From Pseudomonadota bacterium (lineage in GTDB: Bacteria > Desulfobacterota > Desulfobacteria > Desulfobacterales > JBDRRP01): a stretch of DNA of 20,000 nt. Location: NCBI GenBank assembly GCA_043825735.1, contig JBDRRP010000112.1, positions 61,236 through 81,235 of the forward strand. Direction: 5' to 3'. The notes beneath the pieces are model-generated. The model did not search any database. It saw only the letters and a list, made by a program, of their open reading frames with translations, and had not been told where the DNA came from. Positions 15,778 through 20,000 of this stretch are shown here, piece after piece (position 1 is the stretch's first letter; each line of letters starts with the position of its first letter). Position numbers and translations under genes: made by a program.

Positions 15778-17007
15778 TCAAGGCGTATTGGTAAATATGG
15801 ATTCCAGTGGTGTAAGCTGGTGTAAAGCCTGCTGGATGATCCCTTTTAGACTGGCCGGCGGCAATCCAAAATACTCCCAGGCCTCCGCGTCAAAGCCGGA
15901 AATGCCCCTGGCACCACTGGTGCCGATCCCCAGGCTATTGGCCATAATATCAGCCATGTGCACGATGGTGGTCTTCACCGGGTCTTTCGAACGCAAGGGC
16001 TGGTGATGATGGTATATATTGTTCTCAAGCGACAGGGGCAGTTTCCACTTCTCCAGCAGGTACTTGCCGATGCGCGCGTGGTTCCATCCCAGAATATCTT
16101 TCTCCATTTCCAGAAGCGAGCGGTCATGGTTGAAATGGGGACTGAAGATTGCTCCGGCCTGGTCCGGGAAATACTTGTAAATGATTAACCGGCCGATATC
16201 ATGCAGCAACCCGGAAATAAACAGCTGCTCGGTCTGCTGTATGTTCTTGTGCGCCGCCATGACCCTGGCAAGGAGCCCGGTTGCAAGACTGTGCCTTATA
16301 AAAGCGCTCATATTGATGGTGCCCCCGGGAATGCTTTTGAAAATCCGCATGGTACTTATCCCCAGGGCCAGGTTGGTGATCTCCTTGGAACCGATCATGG
16401 TTACGGCCCGGGGGATGCTGTCGATCCGGGAGGGGAACCCATAGAAGGCTGAATTGACCACGCGCAGCAATAGCGCCGCGATACTGGGACTTTTATTTAC
16501 GATCCGTGCAATATCCTGGGCCGAGGTCAGTGGCGCTGCGATGACTTCGTTCAATTCGAAAATAATGGCAGGTATTTCGGGAAGTTTGATCTCGGTCAGA
16601 TCAATTTTTTTTTTCAGGTAACCCGGTGGCAGTTTCAGGGTGTCGCCCTCTGCATTCCCGTTTACCGAGGGCTTAGCATCTATCACCGCCTGGCGACTGC
16701 GATAGGCCACTGAAATCCGAAACAGTTCCTTTATGGCGGGGTAATTGCGATCCACGTTCTGGTAGTGGGACTCCAACAAGGCCGTTACCTGCTTTACGGT
16801 CTCCGGATTCACGTCCATCTCCAGAGCGGGCTCCATTCGATGGTTGCCCTCAACCATGACTTCGGTAACACCCCATATCTTAAAAATCCGCTGATGTTCC
16901 GGCTTTATCTGCATCCCCTTGGCAAGCAGCAGGCGTGAAGAGACGTCCCGAACGTCCTCGTATAAAACCTGCCCGGTCTTCAAATTGTCTACGTTAATAA
17001 TATTCAT
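15778..17007 (-). CDS. HDOD domain protein with short N-terminal accessory domain
   Basis: LPEIP, LLRVVNSAFYGFPSRIDSIPRAVTMIG, HSLATG, GLLHDIGRL, HARIG...KWKLP, HHHQP. The N-terminus VDNLKTGQVLYEDVRD...LLLAKG resembles the accessory domain often found before HD-GYP/HDOD domains. Confidence 0.93.
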   Translation of the reverse strand: MNIINVDNLKTGQVLYEDVRDVSSRLLLAKGMQIKPEHQRIFKIWGVTEVMVEGNHRMEPALEMDVNPETVKQVTALLESHYQNVDRNYPAIKELFRISVAYRSRQAVIDAKPSVNGNAEGDTLKLPPGYLKKKIDLTEIKLPEIPAIIFELNEVIAAPLTSAQDIARIVNKSPSIAALLLRVVNSAFYGFPSRIDSIPRAVTMIGSKEITNLALGISTMRIFKSIPGGTINMSAFIRHSLATGLLARVMAAHKNIQQTEQLFISGLLHDIGRLIIYKYFPDQAGAIFSPHFNHDRSLLEMEKDILGWNHARIGKYLLEKWKLPLSLENNIYHHHQPLRSKDPVKTTIVHMADIMANSLGIGTSGARGISGFDAEAWEYFGLPPASLKGIIQQALHQLTPLESIFTNTP

Positions 17008-17092
17008 GTATTGGGTCCGCGTCTCCCTTTGAGTGCAATGATTCAGGGTAAAACCGAGTCAATCCAAGAAAGTTAGCCCTATATGTTTGCCT

Positions 17093-17119
17093 TAATCGGC
17101 ATTTTACCAGTGAACTTTA
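17093..17119 (-). promoter_or_regulatory. Sigma28 (FliA) promoter
   Basis: The minus strand reads TAAA-GTTCACTGGTAAAAT(15 nt)-GCCGATTA against the consensus TAAA-N15-GCCGATAA: one mismatch, and the extended TAAAGTT -35 is present. It lies about 85 bp upstream of the HDOD start, in the correct orientation. Confidence 0.8.
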
Positions 17120-17435
17120 GGAAAGTCGCATATTGAGATCCAAAACTCTCAATTATCAGGAATTAAATTGGATCGCTCTTGTCCAAGAAAACAGTTTTGA
17201 GAAGTAATTCAGGGTGCAGTTGAAAAAATCCTACTTGTAGGGCATGTTGTTAATCAGCGACGACCTCTATTTACACACTGCAGATTTATATGGGGGAAGT
17301 TCATTCAATCATTTGTGTACAGGCTCTCATTCGAGCCTCGATAATTTCTGACCGGGTCTTCGATGTCCTGGCAGTTGGCAGCTATACGTAAAATTACATA
17401 AGATCTGATGAGTATGTTTTATGCCTGACAAGCAC

Positions 17436-18377
17436 TTAATAAGCGTCACTGTATTTGGTCTTTCCAAAAAGGCTTAAACATAAATCCTTAAAAATTACTT
17501 TATCAAATTTCCCCATATGGAGCATCTCGTCTTGAATTAGTTTCAATGCGCTAAATGGATCTTTCTTTCTTCTGTATATTTTTTTACTATTGGTTAAACT
17601 ATCAAAACAATCAATCATTCCTATTAGGCGACCTTCAAATGCTATGTTGGATATCCCTCTGGGATAACCGCTGCCATCGAGGCGTTCATGATGTTCTAAT
17701 GCGCCAACTGACAGAGAATCGTCAGTATTAAAATTCTCCTTTATCATGTCATGTCCAATTGCTGGGTGGCTCTTGTATTCTGTGAATTCTGAATCAGTCA
17801 GTTTTCTTTTGGACTCAATCAGTTTCTTTGGTATTATAGCTAACCCGACATCGTGAAGCAACGCCCCTAAACTCAGCGCTTTTGTATCTTTTTCAGACTG
17901 ATTAGTAAAAACACAATAGTTCAGCACTAGAAGCATGACATTTATCGAATGTTCGCTTAATGTTGTTCCACCATATTGAATGCCTACGATAGTTTTTAGT
18001 AGCTTTGAGGCACTTGAATATTCATTATATATTAGCTCTATCGTCTCTGGAAGATGTTGGATGTTCTCCTCTATTGGCTCTTCAAATGATTCCTGGACGA
18101 TTTCGTTTAATGTAGACTTGATGCTTCGTAGATCGCCGGCTTCAATCTTTTTAACAAGTTTATTTTTCAGTTGATACCGGAGCTCTTCGAAAGCACCACT
18201 ACTCATTTCTTCAGGGGTATATAGTTGCGGATATGCATCTTCAATAAATCGTTTTGAGTCTATCTTAGTGTTTTCTGATTTATATAAAATATAATCACCC
18301 TTATCATTCTTGATGTATAGAGGTGTTTTCAAATAATGAAAAATCTGTGACTTCCGGATGGGAACGTAAGTTGTCAT
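17436..18377 (-). CDS. HD-GYP domain protein, putative cyclic-dinucleotide (c-di-GMP) phosphodiesterase
   Basis: EHSINV, LLHDVG, SHPAIG, EHHERLDGSGYPRG, IDCFDSLT. The start is uncertain: ATG 18377 or 18422 is more plausible than the ORF-track start at 18602. Visibly AT-rich. Confidence 0.9.
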   Translation of the reverse strand: MTTYVPIRKSQIFHYLKTPLYIKNDKGDYILYKSENTKIDSKRFIEDAYPQLYTPEEMSSGAFEELRYQLKNKLVKKIEAGDLRSIKSTLNEIVQESFEEPIEENIQHLPETIELIYNEYSSASKLLKTIVGIQYGGTTLSEHSINVMLLVLNYCVFTNQSEKDTKALSLGALLHDVGLAIIPKKLIESKRKLTDSEFTEYKSHPAIGHDMIKENFNTDDSLSVGALEHHERLDGSGYPRGISNIAFEGRLIGMIDCFDSLTNSKKIYRRKKDPFSALKLIQDEMLHMGKFDKVIFKDLCLSLFGKTKYSDAY

Positions 18378-18608
18378 ATGACCGTAAGTATTAAGATTTA
18401 AGTTATTGATACTACCTGTCATCTCTCTCAAATGGATATGGGCGACCGTAGAAAATGTATCATTTTTCGGTATTGTTAATATTCCAAAACACAAGGAAAG
18501 CGCAATAGAGTACTTTCCAGGACCGAAATTGTACCGGGATGTTGAATAACGTCCCCGATCAGAGAAAGCGCCTAATTCGACCGCAGAATGTTTGCCAACC
18601 AAGATAAT

Positions 18609-18649
18609 ATTCCGGAATCATTTAAAAACTATTGGAATGAATCCGGAAT
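18609..18649. promoter_or_regulatory. Inverted repeat ATTCCGGAATCATT-N13-AATGAATCCGGAAT
   Basis: 14-bp arms with one mismatch; the left arm contains the perfect palindrome ATTCCGGAAT. Whether it is a terminator or an operator is unknown. Confidence 0.4.
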
Positions 18650-18820
18650 TACTCAGTCTGCCAGAGCCTGAGATCCATATCAAGGACGGACAGGTCAGCT
18701 TTCCCCACTCGATGACCATCCACATCCATCCCGCCCCAGTCGAACTGTTTAGTGACCATTTATGGACGGCCCCGGCCTAGAATAGGCATTCCACAGTTTT
18801 CAGCTGCCAGGAATATTATA
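18649..18820 (-). pseudogene. Possible decayed remnant of a CorC/HlyC transporter-associated C-terminal domain
   Basis: The minus strand translates to YNI/LAAENCGMPILGRGRP*MVTKQFDWGGMDVDGHRVGKADLS..., similar to the remembered family pattern Y.TLAG...LGRIP...FEWGG...MDGHRVDKV. It contains one frameshift and one stop. Confidence 0.3.
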
Positions 18821-18967
18821 GGGCCATAGGCGTATAAGGTGCCGGACAAGGTCAAACTCGGCCAGATTTTAACCGAGAAATGATGGTCAAAAAAGGCTGT
18901 ATTGAACCGTCAAGGATTGGATCGGCATGGTTGATAGTTCCAAAACCACTGACAGTTTCGATTAGGA

Positions 18968-19681
18968 TTATTGTTGAGCTTCATCTTTATCATCATAAAT
19001 GTCCATCTCTGGAAAATATTTTTTAGCACATTCCTGGCAAATACTATGGCTGAACTTGGCTTCAGAATGATCCCCGATATAAGATTCTATCTGATTCCAG
19101 TAGCCTTTGTCATCGCGCACCTTCTTGCAGTGAGAGCATATTGGTAGCAGGCCGCTGAGCTTTTTTACTTCTGACAAGGCCTTCTGGAGTTCGCCGATCA
19201 GCCTTTCACGTTCCATTTCGGTCTGTTTGAGCAAAGTGACATCCCGGTGGATCACAATGCTGGCAGTGTGATTTCCAACTCGGTCCTTTAAAATTGAAGT
19301 CCTTAGCTGAATGTTTAACACCCGTCCGTCCTTGGTTTTTCTCTTGGTTTCAAAAAATACCTTCTCTCCAAGAAGAGTTCGCCGCCATGCCTCTTTGGTA
19401 TTTTCTATCTCTTCGGGAGGTACGAAATCTATCATCCCGCCGATCAAATCATTCTTTGCCCATCCGTAGGTTTCCGCAAAGGCTTCATTGATATAGGAAA
19501 TCACGTGATTGGAACCATAGACGACAACTGGGTCCGGAATCGCCTCGAGCAATAGGCGATAGCGCTCTTCGTTCTCCTTCACTGTTTCTCTTGTGGGTTT
19601 GCACGCAAATTCGGATAGATTCGACTCTTTTATTCTTTTTTCTATTTCTTCATTTCCAGGTTCTTCAGACGTAATTTTCAC
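18968..19681 (-). CDS. PAS domain protein with C-terminal Cys-rich LPICxxCKKxRDDxGYW...SHxICxxC domain
   Basis: PAS: AIPDPVVVY...INEAFAETYGW...IHRDVT. Coiled coil, then LSGLLPICSHCKKVRDDKGYWNQIESYIGDHSEAKFSHSICQECAKKYFPE. The start is uncertain (GTG 19681 with AGGT upstream, or TTG 19735). Confidence 0.88.
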   Translation of the reverse strand: MKITSEEPGNEEIEKRIKESNLSEFACKPTRETVKENEERYRLLLEAIPDPVVVYGSNHVISYINEAFAETYGWAKNDLIGGMIDFVPPEEIENTKEAWRRTLLGEKVFFETKRKTKDGRVLNIQLRTSILKDRVGNHTASIVIHRDVTLLKQTEMERERLIGELQKALSEVKKLSGLLPICSHCKKVRDDKGYWNQIESYIGDHSEAKFSHSICQECAKKYFPEMDIYDDKDEAQQ

Positions 19682-19877
19682 TGAAATTACCTGCTTTCGT
19701 AGTATGAATACCTGAATGATCCTTGAGCACGACAATATTCAAGGATACTGATGGTATTGGCAAATGTGAAACGCCTAGGTCAGCGGTAATGAGTGGCCAG
19801 TTCAGAGTGGGATATTATAATACGCCCGAATGGGCAGTAAGTGCAAACATAAAGAAAAGCAGAAGAAGGCTTGACTG

Positions 19878-19947
19878 AGGAATGGCGTCAGCAACCCTCG
19901 GTTGATGCAATGACACGGAGGGACCGAGCAATGTTTGCCATATTCCT
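19878..19947. repeat. Conserved non-coding hairpin element, copy B
   Basis: AGGA-ATGGC...AGCA...CTCGGT-(loop with CACGGAG)-ACCGAG...TGTT..GCCAT-AT-TCCT folds as one long interrupted hairpin; homologous to 10682-10760. Confidence 0.7.
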
Positions 19948-20000
19948 CTACTCAACCTGATGCACTTCCAATTGCAGAATGATAAGCGCCCCAGATCTCG

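Noticed and set aside
18378..18602. N-terminal extension of the HD-GYP ORF
   Set aside because: TTG start, no domain-like character; probably untranslated leader at least upstream of 18422.
18830..18844. Sigma54-like CGGCAC-N5-ACGC on the minus strand
   Set aside because: GG-N10-GC spacing is correct, but the conserved TT before GC is missing and the site is more than 400 bp from the likely start; too weak to call.
26..19491. Numerous plus-strand and nested ORFs in the track (e.g. 5494..6573, 15374..16006)
   Set aside because: They are antisense shadows of well-supported minus-strand genes and show no recognisable motifs.
19768..19790. AACGCCTAGGTCAGCGG resembling the left arm of an attC-like repeat
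   Set aside because: No complementary right arm (CCGCTG...GTT) is found nearby.
1..20000. CRISPR array, tRNA/rRNA, intact IS or prophage genes
   Set aside because: I saw no regularly spaced repeats, cloverleaf or rRNA signatures, or transposase/integrase ORFs.

Overview
The window is a dense cluster of nine signal-transduction genes, all on the minus strand, with no metabolic, housekeeping, RNA or intact mobile-element genes. The domain repertoire resembles sulfate-reducing Deltaproteobacteria/Desulfobacterota (inference). In transcription order (right to left): a PAS protein with a Cys-rich C-terminal domain; an HD-GYP phosphodiesterase; an HDOD protein and a GAF-like/PAS/DHp-only protein behind a near-consensus sigma28 (FliA) promoter; a periplasmic-binding-protein hybrid kinase; then a probable four-gene operon made of a 1716-aa Cache/GAF/PAS hybrid kinase, a 5xPAS kinase with a degenerate ATP-binding domain (likely pseudokinase), a REC-PAS-kinase, and an NtrC-like response regulator cut by the left edge. 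The most notable observations are: (i) the active kinase and the adjacent pseudokinase are diverged overall but share a 144-bp, ~92% identical C-terminal tail; (ii) a conserved ~70-nt hairpin-forming non-coding element occurs twice, 9.2 kb apart, each time upstream of a signalling gene; (iii) several non-canonical modules (DHp-only protein, Cys-rich PAS/GAF domains, a CxxC...CxxC domain); (iv) candidate operator arrays.
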